64,000 bases of DNA from an uncultured Gammaproteobacteria bacterium (GTDB lineage Bacteria; Pseudomonadota; Gammaproteobacteria; CAYGNG01). Every line of letters starts with the position of its first letter. The stretch's first letter is position 1. The stretch lies in contig CAYGNG010000005.1 of the NCBI GenBank assembly GCA_964351225.1, positions 12,976 to 76,975 of the forward strand. The letters run 5' to 3'. The notes under the pieces are model-generated. The model saw nothing but the letters and a program-made list of their open reading frames with translations. It was not told the DNA's origin and did no database searches. Below are positions 42,864 to 52,832 of this stretch, one piece after another. The position numbers and the translations under genes were made by a program.

Positions 42864-45800
42864 TTTCTCACTCCCTGCCTCGAATATTTTTGTGATTGCA
42901 GCAAGGTGATCTTAGGATTATCCCATGAACCTTGCATCCGATAAATATTTGACGTCAACTGCCCCACGGCAGGCGACACCACTTGATCGGCAACCCACGT
43001 GATCACCCCAAGCACAGGACCACCAGCAATAGTCGCAACAACGGGCAAGCTCGAAGTCACATAGGGAATAATGTCTAATTGTACATCAAAATTGTGCTCC
43101 GCTAAACCTATCTTGCCGCGTAACCCAACAAAAGCGATTGGACCATCTAAATAAGCATTTTTAGTGACCGCATTACCATTTTGCAAATGAAAGGTTCCCT
43201 GCAAAATGTCAAAATCAAAACCTTCATTAGAAATTGCTTTATGATCCAGCGATAAACGGCGACGTAACGATCGCAAGCTTAGAAAGGTTAATAACTTCCC
43301 AGTTGCAATTTGCTGCTCGGCTTGTTCGCCTAAAGTTAACACTTCACCACCATGTAAAGTCAACGCCATCTGGCCATTCACCCGCTCAATGGCAAAATCA
43401 AATAAAGAACCACGCCAATCAATATCAAAATCCAATTCCCCTTTGCTTGCTTGTAACGCCGGCTCAACATTAAAATCCTGAAATACTTGTTGAACAGCAG
43501 CGGCCTTGAGCTCACCACTCAACTTGGTTAAGCCATTATTTCCATCACGCCAACTACCTCTAGCCCGCAACAACCAATTCGGCCTATTAAAGCTCAACTC
43601 ATGAATTTGAACAACCGACTTGTTTTTTTCTATCCTTATCGTTACTTTTCCTAATTGATACCGACCAAATTTGCAATCTTTGCAATAAAAATCAAACCGC
43701 TGGAGATCACCAGGCAAGAATTGCCTAGTGCCTTTAGACTGTGGCATATTCTTTAAATGCAATCGAGAAAAATTAAATACCACGCTTCCTTTAGCGCTCA
43801 AAGGATAGGCGATATCGCCTTTGATATGCCGGTTATTCACCGATAACAACCAAGCTGATTTCTGCTTTTGTGCTTTAACATTGATATCACGAAAAACCCT
43901 ATTCGCCCACAATAGTCTACCAATGTTGGTATTAACCCGTAGCCGCTCTACATAATTTGGCGACTGCGTTTTCATGTATTTTGCGTGCTTTTTATATAAA
44001 TGTATCCAAGGGGATAAATCTAATTTATCGAGGTGGCCATCAACTAGAATTTCTGAATTTTTAAGGACCTTGGTTTTGGTTTTTGCAAAGCTCAAATGGG
44101 CATTTGTTAATTGAATACCCTGCTGTTGTTTTTTAAGCTCAATCGCAGCGGCAAACCGATTGGCCATAACCAAGTTAATAACTTGTCGCTCACCTTGACT
44201 TAATAGCACATCCATCAAGAAACGTTGCTGAGCTTGTGGTTTTTTAGCAAACGGCTCTGGCAAATCTATTTGTATGCCGACTAAATCGCTGCGGATACGT
44301 AGGCTATCAGGCAGCTTACTCTTAATGCCTTGCAGCGACAATAAGACATTCAGATCGGTACTACCCGAGATGATTCCATAAGTTGGAGCGTGGAAAAAGT
44401 CCAAGACTTTCTCGATCGGCAAATGGCCCTGCAACAATACTTCAGTAAAATTTTCTCGCTTTTCCTTTGAACGGGAAGTGGCCCTCAAGGTGACTGGTTT
44501 TCCAAACAATTCCGCGTGCATCGGCGCACTCAGCAACCCATCTTGATTAAACATTAAATTTCCCATCACTTTATTGAGACTGAGGTGCCATAAGGGAACA
44601 ACGATTTCACTATTACTCAACCGTATTTCCCCTTTGGTCTGCACCGGCAGATCGGATCGGTCTAAAGGAATTGAAAGCGCCAAATGCAGATCCAATGGTC
44701 CTTTAAATTCCATATCGCGAAACGCGCTTCCCAAGGTATGCTGCAATGGGGTGTGCCTGATGAAATTCATCCCTTTTTCCATCGTCGAAAGCACATCACC
44801 GGATAACAGCAAAGAAGCACTGTCACCATGCTGCAAATTGGGGATCCGCGCCTTAATATCACTCAAATGCACATTCAATATGTCGGCTTTAGAATGTGCA
44901 AAATAAATAGCTTGATTCAAAAATTCGATGTCAGTTGAAATATTTTTAACCGAAGGCCATGCTTTGTTAAAGCGTAAATCTCCGTGTTCAATATGGGTGT
45001 TCGCTTCAAAAACCCCCATATTATCAACAAATGGGAAATGGGTGATTAAACCACGCAAATTAATTTGCAGATCAAAAGGATCGCTGTGTTTGAGCGAATG
45101 CGTGAGCCATTGAAAAAGCCTCGGCTTCATCACGCCAACCGGGTAATAATGCTTAATCTGCCCTAAGTCACCACAATGTATTTTCCCTAACACACTGATC
45201 TCTGTTTGAGTTAAATCACTTGGTAACTGCACAGCTCCAGATAACTGAGCATCGAGTTCAGAATTTACTAATTGTAGCTTATCAAACTGAACGGTCTTGG
45301 TATCACCATGCAACAATACGCTAACAAGCCCACGAGCATCATTAAAATACAGCGGTTGCGGCAATAATTTTCCTGCATCGAGCGTTATGTTACTACTATT
45401 AAGTTGTAGTTGTAGCCCATTTTGCGTCGCGATTACCGCACCAGTTAAATTATCAACCCCAGGGAATTTATCTTGTGGATCACTATGAAAATGCTCCGCA
45501 TCGGCTTGAATGATAAAATGACTGAACGGTTCGTGCCAATTAAAACCAACACGCAAATTTTGTAATTGACCACTATAATTATACACCGATCCCAAGTAAG
45601 GTCTCACATCGCTTAGTGACAAGCGATCTGCTATCATCTTTACTTGATAATCTTTAGCATTCTCATCAGATTGAATTTGCAGCCATGAAGTCGGCCAATT
45701 TTTTTTATCGATAACAATATGCAATTTATCAAACAATAAATCCCATTTCTGCTTGGTATATTTGCTCCAAGAAAGCGTTCCTGAAAACGCATTGCAACGA

Positions 45801-46720
45801 TAAGGATGCTTTTGATATTCAAATGTCGCTGCTTCTAAATCAAACTGACTTTGTATTTTTTGCCATTGCCCACCCTCCCATTTTGCCCAAATTTTTGCGC
45901 TTAATTTGCCGGCATCGATGGTGAGATCCGGTAAATTTTGCAGCCATTGCTTTAGGGCCTGTTGCCATCTGCAGTCGAAAAAGCAATTATCAACAGGCCC
46001 TAATACTAAATTCCTAAAATTCAAGTATAAGTCTATTTTAGTTTGCTCAGGATCTAAAGTTGTCCCTTGCATGATCATACCAAATGAAACGGGGGATTGA
46101 ATATCTCGTGCTAAATGAAAGCCACCTTTAACATAATGCTTTTGGGCTCCGCTGTTATTTATAATCACATTGAGATCGATCAGTGAATACACTTTTCCAG
46201 CCGCCGATTTAAACAAAAGATCGATATGTGACAATGCAATACTATTACGATTTAAAATCCACTTTAGTGGCGACTGATATGAATCATAAGATATGGTTGC
46301 TTGTAATGGCAGCGGATAACCATTAATAGTGAACGCGGTAGTGCCGATCTGCGCTATGGTCAACTTGATCCCGGAAAGCTCAATGCTTTGTGGATCCAGT
46401 GTGAGAGAAAATAAGCTGGCAAGCAAACTAAATTGTGCGTTTAATCGCTCTGCGCTTAAAATCGGTTGTTTTTTTTCATCATATAAAATGATATGGTGCA
46501 ATGTAATGCTGGGATGCCATCGATGCCAATGAAATTCCGAATGCGACAACGTAATGGTCTGATGGAGCGCTCGACTGACCCATCTTTCAACTTGAGCATT
46601 GTCTTGCAGCCACATCGGCACAATAACGCGAAGCACACTGGAGAGCACGGCCAGCAATACCACAGCCACCGCACACAACAACCCTATTTTTTGCCATAAC
46701 CATTTTGCCAATTTGACCAC
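42860..46720 (-). CDS. yhdP: YhdP/AsmA-like giant envelope protein (N-terminal TM anchor, ~1286 aa) carrying an in-frame MITE insertion
   Basis: Size, single N-terminal TM helix, and genomic position next to mreBCD and tldD match YhdP (AsmA2/DUF3971 family); no catalytic motifs expected. Confidence 0.7.
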   Translation of the reverse strand: MVKLAKWLWQKIGLLCAVAVVLLAVLSSVLRVIVPMWLQDNAQVERWVSRALHQTITLSHSEFHWHRWHPSITLHHIILYDEKKQPILSAERLNAQFSLLASLFSLTLDPQSIELSGIKLTIAQIGTTAFTINGYPLPLQATISYDSYQSPLKWILNRNSIALSHIDLLFKSAAGKVYSLIDLNVIINNSGAQKHYVKGGFHLARDIQSPVSFGMIMQGTTLDPEQTKIDLYLNFRNLVLGPVDNCFFDCRWQQALKQWLQNLPDLTIDAGKLSAKIWAKWEGGQWQKIQSQFDLEAATFEYQKHPYRCNAFSGTLSWSKYTKQKWDLLFDKLHIVIDKKNWPTSWLQIQSDENAKDYQVKMIADRLSLSDVRPYLGSVYNYSGQLQNLRVGFNWHEPFSHFIIQADAEHFHSDPQDKFPGVDNLTGAVIATQNGLQLQLNSSNITLDAGKLLPQPLYFNDARGLVSVLLHGDTKTVQFDKLQLVNSELDAQLSGAVQLPSDLTQTEISVLGKIHCGDLGQIKHYYPVGVMKPRLFQWLTHSLKHSDPFDLQINLRGLITHFPFVDNMGVFEANTHIEHGDLRFNKAWPSVKNISTDIEFLNQAIYFAHSKADILNVHLSDIKARIPNLQHGDSASLLLSGDVLSTMEKGMNFIRHTPLQHTLGSAFRDMEFKGPLDLHLALSIPLDRSDLPVQTKGEIRLSNSEIVVPLWHLSLNKVMGNLMFNQDGLLSAPMHAELFGKPVTLRATSRSKEKRENFTEVLLQGHLPIEKVLDFFHAPTYGIISGSTDLNVLLSLQGIKSKLPDSLRIRSDLVGIQIDLPEPFAKKPQAQQRFLMDVLLSQGERQVINLVMANRFAAAIELKKQQQGIQLTNAHLSFAKTKTKVLKNSEILVDGHLDKLDLSPWIHLYKKHAKYMKTQSPNYVERLRVNTNIGRLLWANRVFRDINVKAQKQKSAWLLSVNNRHIKGDIAYPLSAKGSVVFNFSRLHLKNMPQSKGTRQFLPGDLQRFDFYCKDCKFGRYQLGKVTIRIEKNKSVVQIHELSFNRPNWLLRARGSWRDGNNGLTKLSGELKAAAVQQVFQDFNVEPALQASKGELDFDIDWRGSLFDFAIERVNGQMALTLHGGEVLTLGEQAEQQIATGKLLTFLSLRSLRRRLSLDHKAISNEGFDFDILQGTFHLQNGNAVTKNAYLDGPIAFVGLRGKIGLAEHNFDVQLDIIPYVTSSLPVVATIAGGPVLGVITWVADQVVSPAVGQLTSNIYRMQGSWDNPKITLLQSQKYSRQGVRK
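45953..46003. repeat. Palindromic MITE/REP-like element, copy 4, inserted IN-FRAME inside the yhdP-like CDS (translated as [17 protein letters not shown])
   Basis: tagggcctgttgccatctgcagtcgaaaaagcaattatcaacaggccctaa, 51 bp = 17 codons; ORF continues uninterrupted on both sides. Confidence 0.85.
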
Positions 46721-46803
46721 GGCTATATCCCATTACCGCCAAATCGATTTGGTTTGGGAGTCAGATGATTGCGAGACGAAATAAAAAAACGGCTCAAACA
46801 TCT

Positions 46804-47322
46804 CTACTTCCTTTTGACCTGACTCGATGAGGCAAACATTTCTTCTGGGATCACGCGATGCTTCTCTTCTTGTAGTAAAATAATCGCAGGCCATACTAGC
46901 GCATTACTTAAAGGCATAAACCAATTAAAATGTGCATAACTTAATATCCCAATCATGCCTTGTACCCAGATCAATAACAGCAAGTAAATAAAGCTAAACA
47001 ATGCCACCATGAGACTCTGCTGCCACAAAGGATATAACCACATCCGTTGAGATACTTGAATCGTTAGATAGGCAATTATCGTTAAGGCCAGTGCGTGCTC
47101 TCCGAGTAAGGTTCCAGTTAACACATCCAATAAAATGCCACTGCCCCAAGCCACCCCTAAACTAAAACGCTCTGGATTTTGCATGATCCAATACATGAGT
47201 AGCAAAACCATCCAGGCCGGGCGAAACCAAACGGCCCACGTTGGCACCGGGATAATTTCTAGCATTAAAGAAAGAACTAATAACCAAGCACAATGGTTAA
47301 AGAATTTACGCCTCTTTGCCAC
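46804..47322 (-). CDS. mreD: Rod shape-determining protein MreD
   Basis: 172 aa polytopic membrane protein directly downstream of mreC with overlap. Confidence 0.75.
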   Translation of the reverse strand: MAKRRKFFNHCAWLLVLSLMLEIIPVPTWAVWFRPAWMVLLLMYWIMQNPERFSLGVAWGSGILLDVLTGTLLGEHALALTIIAYLTIQVSQRMWLYPLWQQSLMVALFSFIYLLLLIWVQGMIGILSYAHFNWFMPLSNALVWPAIILLQEEKHRVIPEEMFASSSQVKRK

Positions 47323-48235
47323 CAGTGCCTGCCTTTTTCTCGGGTTGTAATAAGGATTTCCATGCCGTCATTTTCATATCGAGTGTTTCCTGTTTGTGAT
47401 TGTGTAATAGATTAACGACTTCTCTCTGACGCGCACTGTCATGCCACGCTGGCCAAGCTAACAACAGTTGATGAACCCGATTCATATCGGCGCTTGGACG
47501 AACGGCTACCGTTAAAAACATTTCACCTGGACGCGCGGTAATTTTTTCAATGACACCAACCGGGTATCCCACAGGAAATTGCAAACCCAACCCGGAAGTC
47601 ACCAACACATCCTCTTCTTGGATCTCCGCCGTTTTCGGGACATGGATCATAGCTAACCGATTATTAGCACCCATGCCAACAACCACCCCCGTATACCCAT
47701 TGCGATTCACCCGCACCGGAACGGCACTACGCAGATCAGAGATCAATATCGCTCGACTGGTTAAAGGATCCACTTCAACGACTTGACCTAAGACGCCCTG
47801 AGCATCAAGCACAGGCTGTCCCAAATACAAACCTTGACGCCGCCCTTTGTTGATAATAATTTCATCCGCAAAAGGGCTGGCACCAACCGACAGCACCTGC
47901 CCAGCCAATACTTTATCGCCAGCTTTAGGTGCTGATTTCAGTAGTGCACGCAATTGCTTATTTTCCTGCTCCAAATTCAATAATTTTTGAACTCGCGCTT
48001 TCAACAATAATTGCTCGGTTTGCAACAATTGATTTTGCTTCAAAAGCGCATCGCGACTTGCCAAATCAGAAACAGCGCGTCGATAGAGGTGGAAAGGAAA
48101 ATTCACAATATATTGCAAAGGCACCACAAACAAAGTGAGCTCAGCGCGCAATGATTGCATGGAGTAATAACGCTGATCGCACACCATAAGCACAATCGAC
48201 AGTGTTGACAACAACAGCAGTCGCAAACTGAGCAT
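47306..48235 (-). CDS. mreC: Rod shape-determining protein MreC
   Basis: 309 aa; N-terminal TM, coiled-coil then beta-rich domain; mreBCD order. Confidence 0.85.
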   Translation of the reverse strand: MLSLRLLLLSTLSIVLMVCDQRYYSMQSLRAELTLFVVPLQYIVNFPFHLYRRAVSDLASRDALLKQNQLLQTEQLLLKARVQKLLNLEQENKQLRALLKSAPKAGDKVLAGQVLSVGASPFADEIIINKGRRQGLYLGQPVLDAQGVLGQVVEVDPLTSRAILISDLRSAVPVRVNRNGYTGVVVGMGANNRLAMIHVPKTAEIQEEDVLVTSGLGLQFPVGYPVGVIEKITARPGEMFLTVAVRPSADMNRVHQLLLAWPAWHDSARQREVVNLLHNHKQETLDMKMTAWKSLLQPEKKAGTGGKEA

Positions 48236-48290
48236 GTAGCCACGAGCGAAAATCCGTTTGATATTGCTATCCTCGTTGTTAGATTAACTG

Positions 48291-48339
48291 AGGTCCTGTT
48301 GACCATTGTTTTTTCGGCTGCAAATATCCGCAGGCCCTA
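48291..48339. repeat. Palindromic MITE/REP-like element, copy 5, in mreB-mreC intergenic region; terminal CTA (rc TAG) is the mreB stop codon
   Basis: gaggtcctgttgaccattgttttttcggctgcaaatatccgcaggccctac. Confidence 0.8.
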
Positions 48340-49374
48340 CTCGGTTGATAAAAAATCGCCGCCCATGATATCCATCAACTCCAAAGCTCGGCCGCCACCA
48401 CGAGCCACACAAGTTAAAGGATCTTCAGCGATAATCACTGGTAATCCGGTTTCTTCCATCAATAAGCGATCTAAATCTTTTAATAAGGCACCGCCGCCAG
48501 TTAACACCATCCCTCGCTCAGCAATATCCGCCGCTAATTCTGGTGGCGCTTGCTCTAATGCCGCACGCACAGCACCAATGATTCCAGATAAGGGCTCCTG
48601 TAATGCTTCGAGGATTTCATTACTGTTCAGCGTAAAACTTCTTGGAACGCCTTCGGCAAGATTACGTCCTCGCACTTCCATCTCCCGAATGCCGCTTCCA
48701 GGAAAAGCGGCGCCAATCTCTTGCTTCACACGCTCCGCGGTGGTTTCACCGATAAGGCTACCGTAATTACGTCGAACATAATTTACAATCGATTCATCAA
48801 ATCGATCGCCACCAATCCGAACAGACTGCGCATAAACAATACCGCTTAAGGAAATGATAGCTACTTCTGTGGTACCACCACCAATGTCCACAACCATTGA
48901 GCCACTGGCTTCTTCAACCGGCATTCCAGAGCCCATCGCCGCTGCCATCGGTTCTTCAATGAGGTAAACTTCTCGAGCACCAGCACCCATGGCTGATTCG
49001 CGAATGGCTCGACGCTCAACTTGAGTCGAACCGCATGGCACACAAACCAAAACGCGTGGGGAAGGTCGTAAAAACCGAGTCTCGTGAACTTTATGAATAA
49101 AATGCTGCAACATTTTCTCCGTCACATAGAAATCGGCAATCACACCATCTTTTAATGGCCGTGTGGCGGTAATATTGCCAGGTGTGCGACCCAACATTCT
49201 CTTCGCTTCTAAGCCAACTGCTGCAACCCGCCTTGCGCCGCCTTCGCTACGAATGGCTACTACAGACGGTTCGTTCAAAACAATACCTTTATCACGTACA
49301 TAAATAAGTGTATTAGCAGTACCCAGATCGATTGACAAATCGTTAGAAAAAACGCCTCTTAACTTTTTGAACAT
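48337..49374 (-). CDS. mreB: Rod shape-determining protein MreB
   Basis: 345 aa; [26 protein letters not shown]… near-identical to canonical MreB. Confidence 0.95.
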   Translation of the reverse strand: MFKKLRGVFSNDLSIDLGTANTLIYVRDKGIVLNEPSVVAIRSEGGARRVAAVGLEAKRMLGRTPGNITATRPLKDGVIADFYVTEKMLQHFIHKVHETRFLRPSPRVLVCVPCGSTQVERRAIRESAMGAGAREVYLIEEPMAAAMGSGMPVEEASGSMVVDIGGGTTEVAIISLSGIVYAQSVRIGGDRFDESIVNYVRRNYGSLIGETTAERVKQEIGAAFPGSGIREMEVRGRNLAEGVPRSFTLNSNEILEALQEPLSGIIGAVRAALEQAPPELAADIAERGMVLTGGGALLKDLDRLLMEETGLPVIIAEDPLTCVARGGGRALELMDIMGGDFLSTE

Positions 49375-49481
49375 GCTGTATCCTCACATGACGGTCTAAA
49401 TCTTGGTAGATTAACAATGGAGAAGATTTTGGGCAAGAACCACAGTATAATATTCCCCATTTTGTAGCAGGAGAGATTGCC

Positions 49482-49781
49482 ATGAAGATCGACGCACAAC
49501 AAGTAAAAGCTATCGCAAATTTGGCTCGAATTGAAATTGATGAAAAAGATATTGAACAATATAGCGAAGACTTAACAAAAATCCTCACCCTGTTCACAAT
49601 ATTAAACCAACACAACATGGTCAACGTGGAGCCAATGTCTCATCCGCTCGATGTTTCACAACGGCTGCGCCAAGATGACGTCACTGAAAACATAACAGAG
49701 AATGACCAATTCGAACGCTTGCAAGCCCTTGCTCCACGCCTTGAAAATCATTTATACCTTGTTCCTAAAGTCATTGAGTAA
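49482..49781 (+). CDS. gatC: Glu-tRNA(Gln) amidotransferase subunit C GatC
   Basis: 99 aa; …[16 protein letters not shown]…LYLVPKVIE matches GatC family C-terminus. Confidence 0.85.
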   Translation: MKIDAQQVKAIANLARIEIDEKDIEQYSEDLTKILTLFTILNQHNMVNVEPMSHPLDVSQRLRQDDVTENITENDQFERLQALAPRLENHLYLVPKVIE

Positions 49782-49791
49782 GGCCCAAAAG

Positions 49792-51249
49792 ATGCATCAC
49801 CATTCGCTCGCACAACTCGCGCAACAGCTGATAAATAAAACCATTAGCAGTGTTGAACTCACCCACTACTTTTTAGCACGGATCCAAGCACTGGATAAGC
49901 ATCTCAACAGTTTCATTACGGTATGCGAAGACGGCGCACTTGCAGCGGCAAAACGAGCGGATAAACGCCGTGCCAAAGGAGAAAACACGCCACTACTCGG
50001 GCTCCCGCTCGCTCATAAAGATATTTTTTGCACGCAAGGAGTCACCACGACCTGTGGTTCGAAAATGCTCGAAAATTTTGTCTCCCCTTACGATGCCACC
50101 GTCGTAAAAAAGCTGCGCCAAGCCGGCATGATCACGCTGGGTAAAACCAACATGGATGAATTCGCCATGGGCTCCTCTAATGAAAACAGTTACTATGGCC
50201 CAGTCAAAAACCCGTGGGATACCACAATGGTTCCTGGCGGCTCGTCTGGCGGTTCAGCGGCAGCGGTCGCTGCCCGACTCGTGCCTTTTGCCACCGCAAC
50301 GGACACCGGCGGATCGATACGGCAACCGGCGGCTTTATGTGGGATCACGGGATTAAAACCAACCTATGGTCGCGTTTCACGCTACGGCATGATAGCTTTT
50401 GCATCGAGTTTAGATCAGGCTGGCCCCATGACCCTCAGTGCCGAAGATGCGGCCATGATTTTAACGGCAATGGCTGGATTTGACCCAAATGATCCAACCA
50501 GCATCGACCAACCCACTCCAAACTATCAAGCCACGCTTAATCAAGATCTGCGTGGTTTGAAAATCGGTTTGCCCAAAGAATATTTTACCACCGGTCTCGA
50601 TAAACCGATCGAACAGTCTATTCAAGAAGCAATCCACGTTTTAATCCGCTTAGGCGCCACTTGCCAGGAAATTTCTTTACCTCATACCAATCTTGCGATT
50701 CCAACTTATTACATCGTCGCTCCCGCTGAATGCTCATCCAATTTATCGCGTTTCGATGGCGTTCGTTTTGGCCATCGAACTCAACATCCTAAAAACATTC
50801 ATGATCTCTACTGCCAAACCCGTCGTGAAGGCTTTGGAAGAGAAGTGCAGCGTCGGATCATGATAGGGACTTATAGTCTATCCTCTGGGTTTTACGATGA
50901 CTATTATCTGAAAGCGCAGAAGGCCCGCAGATTAATTGCCAATGATTTTAAAAATGCCTTTACCGAAGTTGATGTTATATTAACCCCAACCGCACCAACC
51001 ACCGCTTTTAAAATTGGCACCAAACAGCACGATCCGATTCAAATGTATCTCTCCGATATTTTTACCAGTGCAACCAATTTGGCAGGCCTTCCCGGACTCT
51101 CACTCCCGATAGCACCCGTTAACGGTATGCCAGTCGGGATGCAATTGATCGGTAATTATTTTGCTGAAGGCCGACTATTAAATATCGCACATCGTTATCA
51201 AGGTGAAACCACTTGGCATACCGCCATCCCAGCATTATTTATTAAATAA
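49792..51249 (+). CDS. gatA: Glu-tRNA(Gln) amidotransferase subunit A GatA (start at MHHHSLAQL)
   Basis: Amidase signature [13 protein letters not shown]; gatCAB order. Confidence 0.9.
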   Translation: MHHHSLAQLAQQLINKTISSVELTHYFLARIQALDKHLNSFITVCEDGALAAAKRADKRRAKGENTPLLGLPLAHKDIFCTQGVTTTCGSKMLENFVSPYDATVVKKLRQAGMITLGKTNMDEFAMGSSNENSYYGPVKNPWDTTMVPGGSSGGSAAAVAARLVPFATATDTGGSIRQPAALCGITGLKPTYGRVSRYGMIAFASSLDQAGPMTLSAEDAAMILTAMAGFDPNDPTSIDQPTPNYQATLNQDLRGLKIGLPKEYFTTGLDKPIEQSIQEAIHVLIRLGATCQEISLPHTNLAIPTYYIVAPAECSSNLSRFDGVRFGHRTQHPKNIHDLYCQTRREGFGREVQRRIMIGTYSLSSGFYDDYYLKAQKARRLIANDFKNAFTEVDVILTPTAPTTAFKIGTKQHDPIQMYLSDIFTSATNLAGLPGLSLPIAPVNGMPVGMQLIGNYFAEGRLLNIAHRYQGETTWHTAIPALFIK

Positions 51250-51297
51250 GGCTTATTGCCATTTGCAGCCGAAAAAGCAATTGTCAACAGGCCCTAA
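51247..51297. repeat. Palindromic MITE/REP-like element, copy 6, between gatA and gatB; its terminal TAA is the gatA stop codon
   Basis: taaggcttattgccatttgcagccgaaaaagcaattgtcaacaggccctaa. Confidence 0.8.
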
Positions 51298-51317
51298 GAA
51301 AATCGAGGAAAACAAAA

Positions 51318-52760
51318 ATGGAATGGGAACCGATTATCGGCTTAGAAGTTCATATACAACTAAACACCCAATCAAAAATTTTTTCGGGTGCTGCCACCCA
51401 ATATGGCGCCAAGCCGAATACCCAAGCTTGCGACATTGATTTAGGCTTGCCTGGCGTACTACCCTCCTTTAACGGTGAAGTCCTCAAAAAAGCCATCATG
51501 TTTGGCTTAAGCATTGAAGCTGAAATTGCAAAAAAATCGTATTTCGATAGAAAAAATTATTTCTATCCCGATCTTCCTAAAGGCTATCAAATCACCCAAT
51601 TTCGCAAACCAACCGTCGGCCGCGGACATTTAATGATCCCCCTGGCCAATGGTGAATTAAAAAAAATTAATATAACCCAAGCACATATCGAAGAAGACGC
51701 CGGCAAATCATTACATGAAGATTTCCACGACATGACTGGGATTGATTTAAATCGTGCCGGCATCCCTTTGATTGAAGTGGTTTCCGATCCTGATCTGCGC
51801 TCACCGGAAGAAGCCGTGACTTATTTGAAAATGCTCCACGCGCTGGTTCGATATTTGGATATTTGTGATGGCAATATGCAGCAAGGCTCTTTCCGCTGCG
51901 ATGCCAATGTCTCTGTGCGCCCCAAAGGGGAAACAAAACTCGGCACCAGAACTGAAATAAAAAATGTCAATTCATTTCGCTTTGTTGAACGTGCGATTAC
52001 TTACGAAATTCAACGACAAATTGCATCTTTAGAAAATGGTGAAAAAATTCAACAAGTCACCCTGCTGTATGATTCCGAGAACAATATCACGCGCCCCATG
52101 CGCAGCAAAGAAAATGACCAGGACTATCGTTACTTCCCCGATCCCGATCTGTTACCCATTGTAATTGACGATGATTATATTAATCAGATCAAAGCATCGC
52201 TGCCTGAGTTACCACAACAAAAAAGGCATCGATTTCAACAAGATTATCAGCTCTCACCTTACGATGCCACAATCATCACCAGTCAAAAAAGTGTGGCTGA
52301 CTATTTTGAAAACGTCTGCCAATTCATCCCCAATCATCCTAAACTCGCAGCGAATTGGATCATGGGAAACCTAATGGCTGCCCTAAATAAAGCACAACTC
52401 GACATTGATCAGTCACCGATCTGTTCCCAGCAGCTCGCAGAATTACTCATGCGCATTGCCGATAAAACCCTCTCAAGCAAAATCGCAAAAACGGTTTTTG
52501 ATGCCATGTGGCAACAACTCGGATCGGCGGATGACATCATCGCAGCCCAAGGGTTAACGCAAGTCTCGGATCAAAGTGAAATTGAAAAATTAGTGGCACA
52601 AGTGATTGCTGATAACCCTAAACAATTGCAACAATACCGAGAAGGCAAAGACAAACTGTTTGCCTTTTTTGTGGGGCAAGTGATGAAGCTTTCTGCTGGC
52701 AAAGCCAACCCACAACAAGTTAACGACTCTCTACTGCGGGCATTGCAAAAACCGCAATAA
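51318..52760 (+). CDS. gatB: Glu-tRNA(Gln) amidotransferase subunit B GatB
   Basis: 480 aa; [23 protein letters not shown] conserved GatB N-terminus. Confidence 0.92.
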   Translation: MEWEPIIGLEVHIQLNTQSKIFSGAATQYGAKPNTQACDIDLGLPGVLPSFNGEVLKKAIMFGLSIEAEIAKKSYFDRKNYFYPDLPKGYQITQFRKPTVGRGHLMIPLANGELKKINITQAHIEEDAGKSLHEDFHDMTGIDLNRAGIPLIEVVSDPDLRSPEEAVTYLKMLHALVRYLDICDGNMQQGSFRCDANVSVRPKGETKLGTRTEIKNVNSFRFVERAITYEIQRQIASLENGEKIQQVTLLYDSENNITRPMRSKENDQDYRYFPDPDLLPIVIDDDYINQIKASLPELPQQKRHRFQQDYQLSPYDATIITSQKSVADYFENVCQFIPNHPKLAANWIMGNLMAALNKAQLDIDQSPICSQQLAELLMRIADKTLSSKIAKTVFDAMWQQLGSADDIIAAQGLTQVSDQSEIEKLVAQVIADNPKQLQQYREGKDKLFAFFVGQVMKLSAGKANPQQVNDSLLRALQKPQ

Positions 52761-52778
52761 ACCCTACCACGCTTCAGC

Positions 52779-52815
52779 GCACCCCCAGTGGACTCGTGCC
52801 CCCCACTGGGGGTGC
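52779..52815. terminator. 13-bp perfect-stem hairpin (GCACCCCCAGTGG / CCACTGGGGGTGC, 11-nt loop) between convergent gatB and the 1205-aa gene; putative bidirectional terminator
   Basis: Inverted repeat read directly; GC-rich stem; no strong U-tract so intrinsic-terminator status is uncertain. Confidence 0.5.
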
Positions 52816-52832
52816 GGTGAAGAAAGGGTATG

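Noticed and set aside
45906-46100. 64-aa + strand ORF (…[15 protein letters not shown]…) and the similar ORF 51203-51439 (…[15 protein letters not shown]…)
   Set aside because: Both are read-throughs of copies of the palindromic element, hence the shared peptide. One is antisense to yhdP and the other sits in the gatA-gatB spacer. They are not genes.
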